Under the pieces are notes generated by a model, which did not search any database, was not told the DNA's origin, and saw only the letters and a program-made list of their open reading frames with translations. Both the position numbers and the translations under genes were made by a program. 45,626 nt of DNA, from the IMG/VR virus record IMGVR_UViG_2579779076_000011. One strand, given 5' to 3'. This document shows, one piece after another, positions 35,912 through 44,615 of this stretch (positions are counted from its first letter, which is position 1; each line of letters begins with the position of its first letter). The stretch is from a virus (taxonomy: Duplodnaviria > Heunggongvirae > Uroviricota > Caudoviricetes).

Positions 35912-36828
35912 TAACATCAACAGTTCAGAACTCGATAGTGAAAACTATTGATATGAGTCTGCTGCCGCCGCCAGCATTCGTTAAAACCCCGTTATTTTCA
36001 GATGTTAAATCTAATCTACTGTCAGAGCTGCAGATATTATATCCACAATTTAACGCACTCCTGGAGTCAGACCCGGCAGTTAAACTGCTGGAAATAGTTG
36101 CATACAGAGAAATCATTATTACAGCTCGGGTAAATCAGGGGATGCTCGCTGTATTGCTCGCGTTTGCAAAAGGGACTGACCTCGACCAGATTGGCGCTAA
36201 TTTTGACTGCCTGCGGCTGTTGATAACGCCAGCTAATCCCGACTCAGTCCCCCCGACTGAAGCGGTTTACGAGAGTGACGACGAGTATCGTCATCGCATA
36301 CAACTATCATGGTACGCGCGTAATACTGCCGGCAGTACAAACGCGTATAACTATTTCGCGCTATCGAGTGATCCCGATGTTCTGTCAGCGCAGGCATACG
36401 GCCCGCCTGTGACTCAGCCAGGGTACGTCGATATGTACGTTTTGTCCCGGACAGGCGACGGTGTACCCCCGCAATCACTACTGAATACAGTGAATGCGGC
36501 CCTGTCTCCTGACGACACTCGGCCACTAACTGATTTCGTGACCGTAAAACCTGCGTCGAACCTGAATTACCGGGTTGAGGCCGTTATCGTAGCGGGGCTC
36601 GGTCCCGACCAGAACGTGTTGCTCAACGGCGCGCAGAGCGATTTAGCTATATACGTGGCTACACAACATAAAATCGGGGCGACGGCAGCTCTGTCGGGAA
36701 TTTACGATGCGATACACCGTGACGGCACTGAGCGTGTGATTCTGATATCGCCAACAGAGGACGTGATCGCTGGCGTCGGACAGGCCCCGCACTGCACAGA
36801 AATCAAACTCAGCGTGCAAATGGGGTAG
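35908..36828 (+). CDS. baseplate protein (P2 gpJ-like)
   Basis: 306 aa following the gpW-like gene with overlap; Baseplate_J-type order and sequence character. Confidence 0.8.
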   Translation: MITSTVQNSIVKTIDMSLLPPPAFVKTPLFSDVKSNLLSELQILYPQFNALLESDPAVKLLEIVAYREIIITARVNQGMLAVLLAFAKGTDLDQIGANFDCLRLLITPANPDSVPPTEAVYESDDEYRHRIQLSWYARNTAGSTNAYNYFALSSDPDVLSAQAYGPPVTQPGYVDMYVLSRTGDGVPPQSLLNTVNAALSPDDTRPLTDFVTVKPASNLNYRVEAVIVAGLGPDQNVLLNGAQSDLAIYVATQHKIGATAALSGIYDAIHRDGTERVILISPTEDVIAGVGQAPHCTEIKLSVQMG

Positions 36829-36830
36829 CC

Positions 36831-37457
36831 ATGACAAGTCAAAGCGTATTACCTCCGAACGCAATAACCCCCGAGAGAGCGCTGGAATCTGTTTTATCTC
36901 ACGTTGGCGATCTGCCTGGCGATATTCGAATTATCAAAAACCCAGACACATGTCCCGCCGATTTATTACCCTGGCTGGCATGGGAATATGCTGTTACGTA
37001 CTGGAACCCCGACTGGAGTGAGCAGCAAAAACGCGAAATTATTAAAGCAGCTGCGTGGCAGAACAAGCACCGCGGAACGCGTGGAGCTGTTGAACGAGCG
37101 TTATTAACAGTTGGATTTGAGAGCAAAATGAGAGAGTGGTTTGAAGCCGCGCCCAGGGACGACCCGTATACATTCGCAATTAAAATATATCTGCTAAAAA
37201 GTATGGGGTTAGATTTAGAGCTATTGAATACATTTATTGCACAAATATTTGATGCAAAAAATTGTCGTTCATTATTAAAGGAAATAAATTTCGAAACGGG
37301 TGTCGATGGTGAGTTTTTTATAGCTGGTACATCTTACGCGAAAATAGGCGTAAATATACCGGCAGATGGTGATGGTGGCGTGAAATTAAATGGCGGATTA
37401 TATATATCAGGCTCGCCAATTGTTAGTTTAAACGTGGAGATAGACCCAAATGGCTGA
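36831..37457 (+). CDS. baseplate/tail protein (P2 gpI-like)
   Basis: 208 aa; N-terminal LPPNAITPERALESVLS..LLPWLAWEY typical of P2 I-type proteins. Confidence 0.75.
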   Translation: MTSQSVLPPNAITPERALESVLSHVGDLPGDIRIIKNPDTCPADLLPWLAWEYAVTYWNPDWSEQQKREIIKAAAWQNKHRGTRGAVERALLTVGFESKMREWFEAAPRDDPYTFAIKIYLLKSMGLDLELLNTFIAQIFDAKNCRSLLKEINFETGVDGEFFIAGTSYAKIGVNIPADGDGGVKLNGGLYISGSPIVSLNVEIDPNG

Positions 37458-38598
37458 AAATAAAATTTACGCTGTGTTAACTGATCGTGGCGCGCAGTTA
37501 GAAGCTGCGGCGCTGGCGTCAGGAGTGCCGGTAGTGCTAAATAAATTCGTTATTGGTGACGCGAACGGAAACGACGACGTAACGCCAGACCCGGCCCGAA
37601 CGGCATTAATTCACGAGACGTATCGCGGAGATATTAAATCGTCAGAAAATAGCGGTAATCAAGTCATTTTTACACTATACGTACCACCGGAAACCGGCGG
37701 CTATACTATCCGTGAGGTGGGAATATTAACCGACAAAGGTGAACTGTACTCTGTAGCGCGTTCGCCGGATATTTTAAAACCTACGGACAGTAACGGCGCA
37801 CTGATTTCAATCACGTATAAATACACCCTCGCGGTGTCCAGCACATCTACTGTTAACGTAGTTATTGATAACAGTAGCGGAATGAACCAGGCAGATGCTG
37901 ATAAGCGCTATTTGCAGATAAGCAAAAATTTATCTGAAATTAAAAATAAGGGCGAATCCGCTCAACGAGCAGGGCGGGAGAATCTCGGTATTGATTTAGA
38001 CGATTATTACGATAAAACTGAGATTGATAGCAAATTTACTGATATTGATGAAGATATTAATAATATAAATAAAACAAAACCTGTTCTTACAGTAAATAAT
38101 ATACAGCCTGATGCTACTGGGAATGTAAATACAGGTTCCGGATTTGCAAAACCAAACGGCGATGGGGCGTTTAATCTGGTTATGTTATACGGCGGTGACC
38201 ACGTCAGTGTTACTCCTGCGATGACAATCGTAACAGGTTATGATGTATCCCCGTACGCGATAAATCCAACCAATGTAAACGCCGATGTGGAAACTTATTT
38301 GTGCGGTGCGTGGATGACGTTAGCGGCAACGAGTGGAAATGCGTTAGTGATGGCGCAGCGAATTCCCATTGGGAATATATCAAAAATGTTAAATATACGA
38401 GATCCGTATTACCCGAATAAACACGGAACCGTTAACTCATATGATCACAATTATATCTGCGTTAAATGTAATATTGAAGGAATAGATAATGACATCATAT
38501 TTACGTCAAATCTGAAAGACGTTGAGGAATATGGTGTGCAGGTTTTCCAGAACGCCAAAAATGGTATTTACGGCACCGTTATAGACGAAGGTCATTGA
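37450..38598 (+). CDS. tail fibre protein (P2 gpH-like, N-terminal tail-collar domain) with AT-rich C-terminal variable region
   Basis: N-terminus MAENKIYAVLTDRGAQLEAAALASG..VLNKFVIGDANGNDDVTPDP matches the conserved fibre N-terminal domain; the C-terminal half is low-GC and Asn/Ile-rich. Confidence 0.8.
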   Translation: MAENKIYAVLTDRGAQLEAAALASGVPVVLNKFVIGDANGNDDVTPDPARTALIHETYRGDIKSSENSGNQVIFTLYVPPETGGYTIREVGILTDKGELYSVARSPDILKPTDSNGALISITYKYTLAVSSTSTVNVVIDNSSGMNQADADKRYLQISKNLSEIKNKGESAQRAGRENLGIDLDDYYDKTEIDSKFTDIDEDINNINKTKPVLTVNNIQPDATGNVNTGSGFAKPNGDGAFNLVMLYGGDHVSVTPAMTIVTGYDVSPYAINPTNVNADVETYLCGAWMTLAATSGNALVMAQRIPIGNISKMLNIRDPYYPNKHGTVNSYDHNYICVKCNIEGIDNDIIFTSNLKDVEEYGVQVFQNAKNGIYGTVIDEGH

Positions 38599-38609
38599 GA
38601 GTAAAATAA

Positions 38610-40115
38610 ATGAGCACTAATTTTTTGCACGGCCCACGCACGCTAGAATACGACGACGGCACAAAAGAGATCAGCGCGGTAGATATTTCAGTTATCGGGA
38701 TTGTTGGTACTGCACCGGATTCCGCGCAATCAACCAGTTCCGAGTTAATAACAGGGAGTGCTATTTTAAAAAACCGCCTTAAATTCACGGCGACGGGACA
38801 GGGGGTGAGGGGCAATTCATGGAGCGTAGAGATTCTCGAAACCGATCCGGACGGCTGCACGGCACTGTGGAGTGATATGCCCGACGGGAGTCGACGTTTA
38901 TCAATATCAGTCGCACCGGCATCCGGCTCGCACGGATACACCCCAGCAGAAATCGTGCAGGCAGTCACAATAGCAAACCCGCCTCCGGACCAATTATTTT
39001 TAACAATTACGGCAGTAGATGTCGGGGAGGACGCGGGAAATGTGACTGCCTCACCGTTGCAATATTTAAGTGGCGGCAGTGATGAGGCGTTCCCAATTAA
39101 TACCCCCGTACTTGTTGCCGGGAGTCCAAAAAAAGCCGCTTTACTGGGTGAGCGCGGCACGTTGCCGAAAGATATTGCCGATATTTTCAATCAGGACAAC
39201 GCCTTGCTTGTTGTTGTACGAGTAAAAGATGACAAAGACACAACAAAACAACAGCAAAATATTATCGACGGTGTCAAACAGCTGGAAAAATCGAAACAGT
39301 TAACCGAAGTCACACCGCGTATTATTATTGCACCAGATTTTAGCGCAATTGATGCGATAGCCGCTCAGCTTGAGGTGGTCGCAAATAAACTCCGGGGGGT
39401 GTGTTATATAGACTCTCCGCGCGCAGCTACCCCTGCAGACGTTGTGAATCGCCGGCAAAAACTCGGCGGACGTGCTGAGTTGTTGCGTCCCCGTGTTTAT
39501 TCAACTAGCGACGTAGGCGGACAATCAAGACCATATTCAGCCATTGCTGCTGGTTTACGAGCCAGAATTGATAATGAAAAAGGGTTTTGGTGGAGTAAGT
39601 CGAATCAAAATATTTATGGAATAACAGGGCTTGAGCAGGTTGATGATTTCATTATTGGCGAGACAAACTGTACGGCGAACCTGCTGAACGCCAGCCAGGT
39701 CAGCACCATTATTCGCTACGATGGATTCCGGCACTGGGGTAACTATCTGTGCAGTCTGGATCCACAATGGTCGTTTGAATGCGTTCGTCGGACAGCTGAC
39801 GTAATTGAAGATTCTATAGCCCGGGCAATGATGACAGATTTTATTGATCGCCCGATAGACCTGCATCTCGGAACAGACGTTGTCGAGTCGATAAACGCAT
39901 ATCTGCACAAATTAGAGGAGCAGGGTGCGATTAACGGAGGGCGAGCGTGGTTAGACGGTGAGCTGAATACAAAAGAAAGTCTGGCCGCTGGTAATCTTTA
40001 TATTAATGTTGATTTTGGTCCGAAATCTCCAGCACAAACAATTACGTTAATGTACCGCGTTAATAATGACTATACAGTTGAAGCGCTGGCCTCCCTTTTT
40101 AAAGAAACAGCCTGA
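38610..40115 (+). CDS. contractile tail sheath protein (P2 FI-like)
   Basis: 501 aa; LRARIDNEKGFWWSKSN, IRYDGFRHWGN, AGNLYINVDFGP parallel the P2 sheath. Confidence 0.9.
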   Translation: MSTNFLHGPRTLEYDDGTKEISAVDISVIGIVGTAPDSAQSTSSELITGSAILKNRLKFTATGQGVRGNSWSVEILETDPDGCTALWSDMPDGSRRLSISVAPASGSHGYTPAEIVQAVTIANPPPDQLFLTITAVDVGEDAGNVTASPLQYLSGGSDEAFPINTPVLVAGSPKKAALLGERGTLPKDIADIFNQDNALLVVVRVKDDKDTTKQQQNIIDGVKQLEKSKQLTEVTPRIIIAPDFSAIDAIAAQLEVVANKLRGVCYIDSPRAATPADVVNRRQKLGGRAELLRPRVYSTSDVGGQSRPYSAIAAGLRARIDNEKGFWWSKSNQNIYGITGLEQVDDFIIGETNCTANLLNASQVSTIIRYDGFRHWGNYLCSLDPQWSFECVRRTADVIEDSIARAMMTDFIDRPIDLHLGTDVVESINAYLHKLEEQGAINGGRAWLDGELNTKESLAAGNLYINVDFGPKSPAQTITLMYRVNNDYTVEALASLFKETA

Positions 40116-40132
40116 TAATTCGGAGATTAAAT

Positions 40133-40645
40133 ATGTCAGACAGCAACGCTTACCGCGCGTTTGCGCTATTCGTGCAGGGCGAACGGGTTTTAAATTGTAC
40201 TGAATATACTCCTGTCGATATGAAAATAATCGAGGACGAGTTTAAAACAGGCGCGATGGATACAGCCATCACATTAGATGGCGGTATGGAGAAAATGTCA
40301 GCCAGTTTTAAAGTTTCGGGTTCTGATTCTGGTGTTATGAGCTATTTCGGGTTAATACCGGGAGTCAAGACGCGGTTTGAAATTCGTAGTGCGTACACAG
40401 ACTCCTATGGAATAAATTTTGAGCGTATTGATACCTACGAGGGACTTATTACGGCAATCACTGATGACGCTCAGGGGACTGATTCAAAATCGTCAGTGGG
40501 GCAATCAGTAACGATTGCGCCGAGCTATTATAAACGAGTTCAAAATGGACGAATTATTTACGAAATTCATCCTGCAAAAATGAAACGCGTTATCAACGGT
40601 GTTGATGTTCTTGCGGGCGTCGCTCGAATCCTTCATGTATATTAA
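40133..40645 (+). CDS. tail tube protein (P2 FII-like)
   Basis: 170 aa immediately after sheath; size and position typical of a tube protein. Confidence 0.7.
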   Translation: MSDSNAYRAFALFVQGERVLNCTEYTPVDMKIIEDEFKTGAMDTAITLDGGMEKMSASFKVSGSDSGVMSYFGLIPGVKTRFEIRSAYTDSYGINFERIDTYEGLITAITDDAQGTDSKSSVGQSVTIAPSYYKRVQNGRIIYEIHPAKMKRVINGVDVLAGVARILHVY

Positions 40646-40657
40646 AAGGTAAGTAAA

Positions 40658-40939
40658 ATGGAATCCTTATTAGACAGTATGACTATTACGCTCTCTCGAC
40701 CGTTTATTATTAAGGGCGAGAGCTGCGATACAATTACTATTCGCGAACCAAAATTACGCGACCGCATTATGTTCAGTAACGATAAAAGCGGTCTTGAAGA
40801 GCGGACAGCGACAATGCTGGCGCGCCTGGCAAATCTGGAGAGAGAGGATTTATATGCGCTCCCCGCGTGCGATTACGATCAACTGGAGGCCGCGTTTAAC
40901 GAACTGGTAAAGCACCCGAAAGACCGACATCAGATATAG
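40658..40939 (+). CDS. tail assembly chaperone (P2 gpE-like); probable frameshift extension to 41070
   Basis: 93 aa with the ..IREPKLRD...DLYALPACDYDQLEAAF pattern; a -1 frame is open from 40900 to 41070 across the stop and into the tape-measure start. Confidence 0.65.
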   Translation: MESLLDSMTITLSRPFIIKGESCDTITIREPKLRDRIMFSNDKSGLEERTATMLARLANLEREDLYALPACDYDQLEAAFNELVKHPKDRHQI

Positions 40940-41047
40940 TTATTCTGATTCCGTTTATTGCGAAAAAACTTGCCATCCCGCCCGATACGCAAATGGACCT
41001 GCCGTATCGGGTTTTTAATTTCTATGTAAACGAGGTCATGAAAACCG

Positions 41048-42688
41048 ATGGCTATTTCTCAAAACTTTAAAACGCAGGTTGTATTTGGGGGAAGAATAGA
41101 CCCGTCGTTTCGGCGCGGTACAACAGAACTCAACGATGCAATTCGGCAGACGTCGTCTACTGTCGGAAAATTAACGAAAAGCCAGGATAAATTAAAAGAC
41201 AAAATCGCAGCAATGAAACTGGCGGGTAAAGACGTTTCTGATTTATCTGCTCAGTATCAAAAGCTGGACCGTCGGATAAAAGCGACAACACAGGACCAGG
41301 AAGCTCTGAATACTCAGCTCGCCAAAAAACAGCGGCTGGAGAAGTGGACGGGGCGCGCAAAAGGTGCTGCAAAATGGGGAGGGCGAGCCGCCGCAGGTGC
41401 GGTGAGGGCCACGGGACGGGGTATCAAATGGGGGACGCTGGGGGCCGTGGGTCTGCTCGGCGGCGCGGCTGCTGGCGCGTTGGCAATGAATGCAGAGACG
41501 TCAGAAAAACTCGGTCTGGCGAAGTCCTACGGTGTTGGCATCGAAAAATACGCTGCGTGGGAAAATATTGGTAAAGCTGCAGGGCTGAATGGCGAAAACG
41601 TAGGAGATCTGTCGGAGGAGTTGACTAATAAAATCGGGGAGGTTGGAAACGAAAAAAACCTGAACCCCATGTTGTTTCAAATTGGCCTGACAAAAAAACG
41701 GATGGCTAAATGGGATCGAGAAAAACAGTTCAATGAAGTTATGCGGCGTATCTCTGAAATGAAGGATGATCAACAGGCGGCGAGTCTGGCTGATCAGCTC
41801 ATGGGGGGGGAAGCTAATAAAATAATGACTTATATGCGGGCGACTGGTAAAAGCTGGGAGCAGACTCTGTCGGACGCTCAAAAATCAAACCTGCTAACGA
41901 AAGAAGGGGCTGAGGGTGCAGCGCGCGCGCACGTATCCGTCACGAATCTGTGGGGGGCAATCACATCGGGGCTGGCAGATACTCTCGGGAAAATCGGAGG
42001 GGAACTCGCGCCGACGTTTGACGCTATGCGAGACGGGCTGGCATCCTGGTTTAAAGAGAATCAAGGGGGGGTTGTTGATAGTATTAAAGAATGGGTTAAG
42101 CCAGAAAATATGAAAAAAATGTGGGAGGGGATAGTCAGTTTTGGCGAGGCGTGCGTTAAATTCGGAAAAATAATTTGGGCAGTCGTAAAAAAACTGGAGT
42201 GGTTAATACCGGACGAGAAAACAGACGAGGAGCAGCGCGTATATAACGAAGAATATAATAAGGCGTATCAGGAATTCATGGATGGCGGAGGAAAATATTC
42301 ACCAAACCCAGGAATGGCGGCGGATAATGTTGCAAAAGCAAAAGCCGCCGAAGCCGTGGATAATATGCGACACCCTGAACGTCTTGCTCGTGCAAAATCA
42401 CAGGCTGAATCACTGCTCTCGTTTGCTAACCCGTTTACTGGATTAATAAATAAAGGCTCAACGCCTGAATCACAAAACTCAGCAACGTTGAATATTGACG
42501 CGCTGAGACAAGCAGTCGCAACTCCAGCGCCAGAGCAAAACAATAAAATTGAAATCAATATTATCGGAGCGGCAGATCCACAATCAACACAGCAGGCTGC
42601 TGCATCGGGTGTGCTCGACGGGCTGAGACAAGTTGCGAGTTCGTACAACCGTGGTGCGATGTTTGATAAACCAGCGGCGGCGGGGTGA
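41048..42688 (+). CDS. tail tape measure protein
   Basis: 546 aa; coiled N-terminal region, Gly/Ala-rich hydrophobic stretch; position after the chaperone. Confidence 0.8.
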   Translation: MAISQNFKTQVVFGGRIDPSFRRGTTELNDAIRQTSSTVGKLTKSQDKLKDKIAAMKLAGKDVSDLSAQYQKLDRRIKATTQDQEALNTQLAKKQRLEKWTGRAKGAAKWGGRAAAGAVRATGRGIKWGTLGAVGLLGGAAAGALAMNAETSEKLGLAKSYGVGIEKYAAWENIGKAAGLNGENVGDLSEELTNKIGEVGNEKNLNPMLFQIGLTKKRMAKWDREKQFNEVMRRISEMKDDQQAASLADQLMGGEANKIMTYMRATGKSWEQTLSDAQKSNLLTKEGAEGAARAHVSVTNLWGAITSGLADTLGKIGGELAPTFDAMRDGLASWFKENQGGVVDSIKEWVKPENMKKMWEGIVSFGEACVKFGKIIWAVVKKLEWLIPDEKTDEEQRVYNEEYNKAYQEFMDGGGKYSPNPGMAADNVAKAKAAEAVDNMRHPERLARAKSQAESLLSFANPFTGLINKGSTPESQNSATLNIDALRQAVATPAPEQNNKIEINIIGAADPQSTQQAAASGVLDGLRQVASSYNRGAMFDKPAAAG

Positions 42689-43113
42689 CAATGAGTGATG
42701 CGATAAACGGTGCTGAGGATATCATGCTAGGCGTGGGTGATTTCATTTTTGCTATATCAACAGTAGCGTACAACAAACTGCAACGTAGTGACGCCTGGCG
42801 CTGGGCTCAGCAAACACGGTTCGGAAAAAACGACGCATTGCAGATAACCGGACGACCGAACCCCACAATCACGATCGATGGGAAAATAAATGCCTTATTC
42901 CTTGATGGGTGCGGCATTGGCTTGTTAACAGATTTGCGGGCGCTGGGGAACTCGGGAGAACCCCAGCAACTGGTGCTGGGGACCGGGGAGGTGAAGGGGT
43001 ACTGGGTTATCAGGGAGTTAACAGAAACGCAAAACAGTTTTCTGAAAGGAGGGACCCCAAAATCGCAGGACTTTTCACTCACGCTCGAATATTACGGAGC
43101 TTCGCTGGATTGA
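42685..43113 (+). CDS. tail protein (P2 gpU-like)
   Basis: 142 aa; LGVGDFIFAISTVAYNKLQRSDAWRWAQQTRFG parallels the P2 U N-terminus. Confidence 0.7.
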   Translation: MTMSDAINGAEDIMLGVGDFIFAISTVAYNKLQRSDAWRWAQQTRFGKNDALQITGRPNPTITIDGKINALFLDGCGIGLLTDLRALGNSGEPQQLVLGTGEVKGYWVIRELTETQNSFLKGGTPKSQDFSLTLEYYGASLD

Positions 43114-43352
43114 ACTTCTTTCGGTTTTTTATCACCGAGAGCGGACCACAGCAACAGAATGATCCACATCAAAAATATCCATCCGAATAATATATTCAGA
43201 ATAACGACCATTGCGCAGCTTTTATGTCCCCTTATTAGAGCAATTACTAACGGTATTACGTATAAAATGATGGATATTAACGGGTTCGCCATTAACCATA
43301 TATACAGAGCGATAACCCACGCAAATAATTCCATTTGAGGCCTCATAATCAT
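43092..43352 (-). CDS. superinfection-immunity-like small membrane protein (Imm_superinfect-type), reverse-strand moron in tail cluster
   Basis: 86 aa; two hydrophobic helices with ..IPLVIALIRGHKS...ILNILFGWIFLMW.. matching the superinfection immunity family; opposite strand to all flanking tail genes. Confidence 0.6.
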   Translation of the reverse strand: MIMRPQMELFAWVIALYIWLMANPLISIILYVIPLVIALIRGHKSCAMVVILNILFGWIFLMWIILLLWSALGDKKPKEVQSSEAP

Positions 43353-43563
43353 GATTACATATACGACGCGGGACGGTGACCGTCTCGATCAAATCTGCTT
43401 TGCGGTCTACGGGAGAGCGTCAAAAACGACAGAGACTGTTTTATATCAGGTTTCGAATTACGGCGTAACTGATATGTGTGCCGTGTTTCGTGCTGGAGAA
43501 AAAATTGTTTTACCCGATATCGAACCAGAACCGGTTAAAAAAGAAACGCAATTATGGGATTGA
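43351..43563 (+). CDS. tail protein X (P2 gpX-like)
   Basis: 70 aa; RDGDRLDQICFAVYGR....TVLYQ...VLPDIEP..V..ETQLWD parallels P2 X. Confidence 0.8.
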   Translation: MITYTTRDGDRLDQICFAVYGRASKTTETVLYQVSNYGVTDMCAVFRAGEKIVLPDIEPEPVKKETQLWD

Positions 43564-43566
43564 TGA

Positions 43567-44610
43567 ATGAGTGATTACGTAAATACTGGCGTGGAGGCGT
43601 GGAAACCTAATTTTTATATATCTGCTGATAATAAAAACATCACGGATAAAATAAGAAAAGGTTTGATCAATATCACGCTGACAGATTACGGCGGTTCCAG
43701 TAAACAGACAGACGAACTCCGCGTAGCAATAGTTTCTGAAACTCTGAAAATTCCGGCCCGTGGAGTGAAAATTAGCATTGGGCTCGGTTTCGGTAATCAG
43801 ATAATTGATAAAGGCATATACATCGTTGACGGTGCTAGCAGTGGCGGTGAACCCCGGGTAGTTGATTTCACAGCAAAAGCGGCTCCGATGAACGCGGCAA
43901 AGGGCTCTCCAACAGTTCAGAGCAAAAAGACGCGCTCATGGAGCGACGTCACCGTCAGCGATATCGTTGCGACAATAGCGAGCGATAACGGGCTAAAACC
44001 TCGCGTATCAAAGCGGTTTGCAGACAACATTATCACGCAGCTCGATCAAGTCGGTGAGTCAGATATGCACCTGATGTCGAGACTAGCAACACGATTCGAT
44101 GCGGTGAGCAAACCCGCAGGAGGGTACTGGATATTCCTGCCGCGTGGCGCGGGCGAATCTGTTAACGGAGCACCGCTTCTGCACTACACGCTCACGCGTC
44201 GTGATAACTCCAGCTGGGGTTATTCGAGAAATGGACAAAACGGCGATAGTGGCGGAGGTGGCGAAAATTCGGAGCCGACATATCTGATCAAATACCACGA
44301 TACGGCAACAGGGCAGATCAAGGAGCTGCGCACAGGCAGTGGTGGTGATCCTGTCATTGAATGGCCGGCAGTTGAGCCGTCGCTCGACGCAGCGAAAGAG
44401 GCCGCGCCGGGGCTAAAAGGAGGTGCGGCTAAAAAAGAGTTTTCCATGACGTACACAACGCCAGCAACGCTCGATTTAGTATCGCTGACTGCAGAATGCA
44501 AAGTCACAACACAAGGGTTCGGGACAGAGGAGGACCGAGACTGGACAATCAATACGTTGACGCTGACGCTGGCTGAAAACGGATTCTCTGCGCGACTGTC
44601 GCTGGAGTAA
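43567..44610 (+). CDS. tail protein (P2 gpD-like)
   Basis: 347 aa at the canonical D position after X; called by position and size. Confidence 0.65.
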   Translation: MSDYVNTGVEAWKPNFYISADNKNITDKIRKGLINITLTDYGGSSKQTDELRVAIVSETLKIPARGVKISIGLGFGNQIIDKGIYIVDGASSGGEPRVVDFTAKAAPMNAAKGSPTVQSKKTRSWSDVTVSDIVATIASDNGLKPRVSKRFADNIITQLDQVGESDMHLMSRLATRFDAVSKPAGGYWIFLPRGAGESVNGAPLLHYTLTRRDNSSWGYSRNGQNGDSGGGGENSEPTYLIKYHDTATGQIKELRTGSGGDPVIEWPAVEPSLDAAKEAAPGLKGGAAKKEFSMTYTTPATLDLVSLTAECKVTTQGFGTEEDRDWTINTLTLTLAENGFSARLSLE

Positions 44611-44615
44611 ATGAA

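Noticed and set aside
38579-39190. 203 aa minus-strand ORF overlapping the tail sheath gene
   Set aside because: Antisense to the sheath gene, which has clear P2 FI-like motifs.
41344-41881. Gly/Arg-rich plus-strand ORF and a minus-strand ORF inside the tape-measure gene
   Set aside because: Alternative-frame artefacts of a repetitive GC-rich region within a long, well-positioned structural gene.
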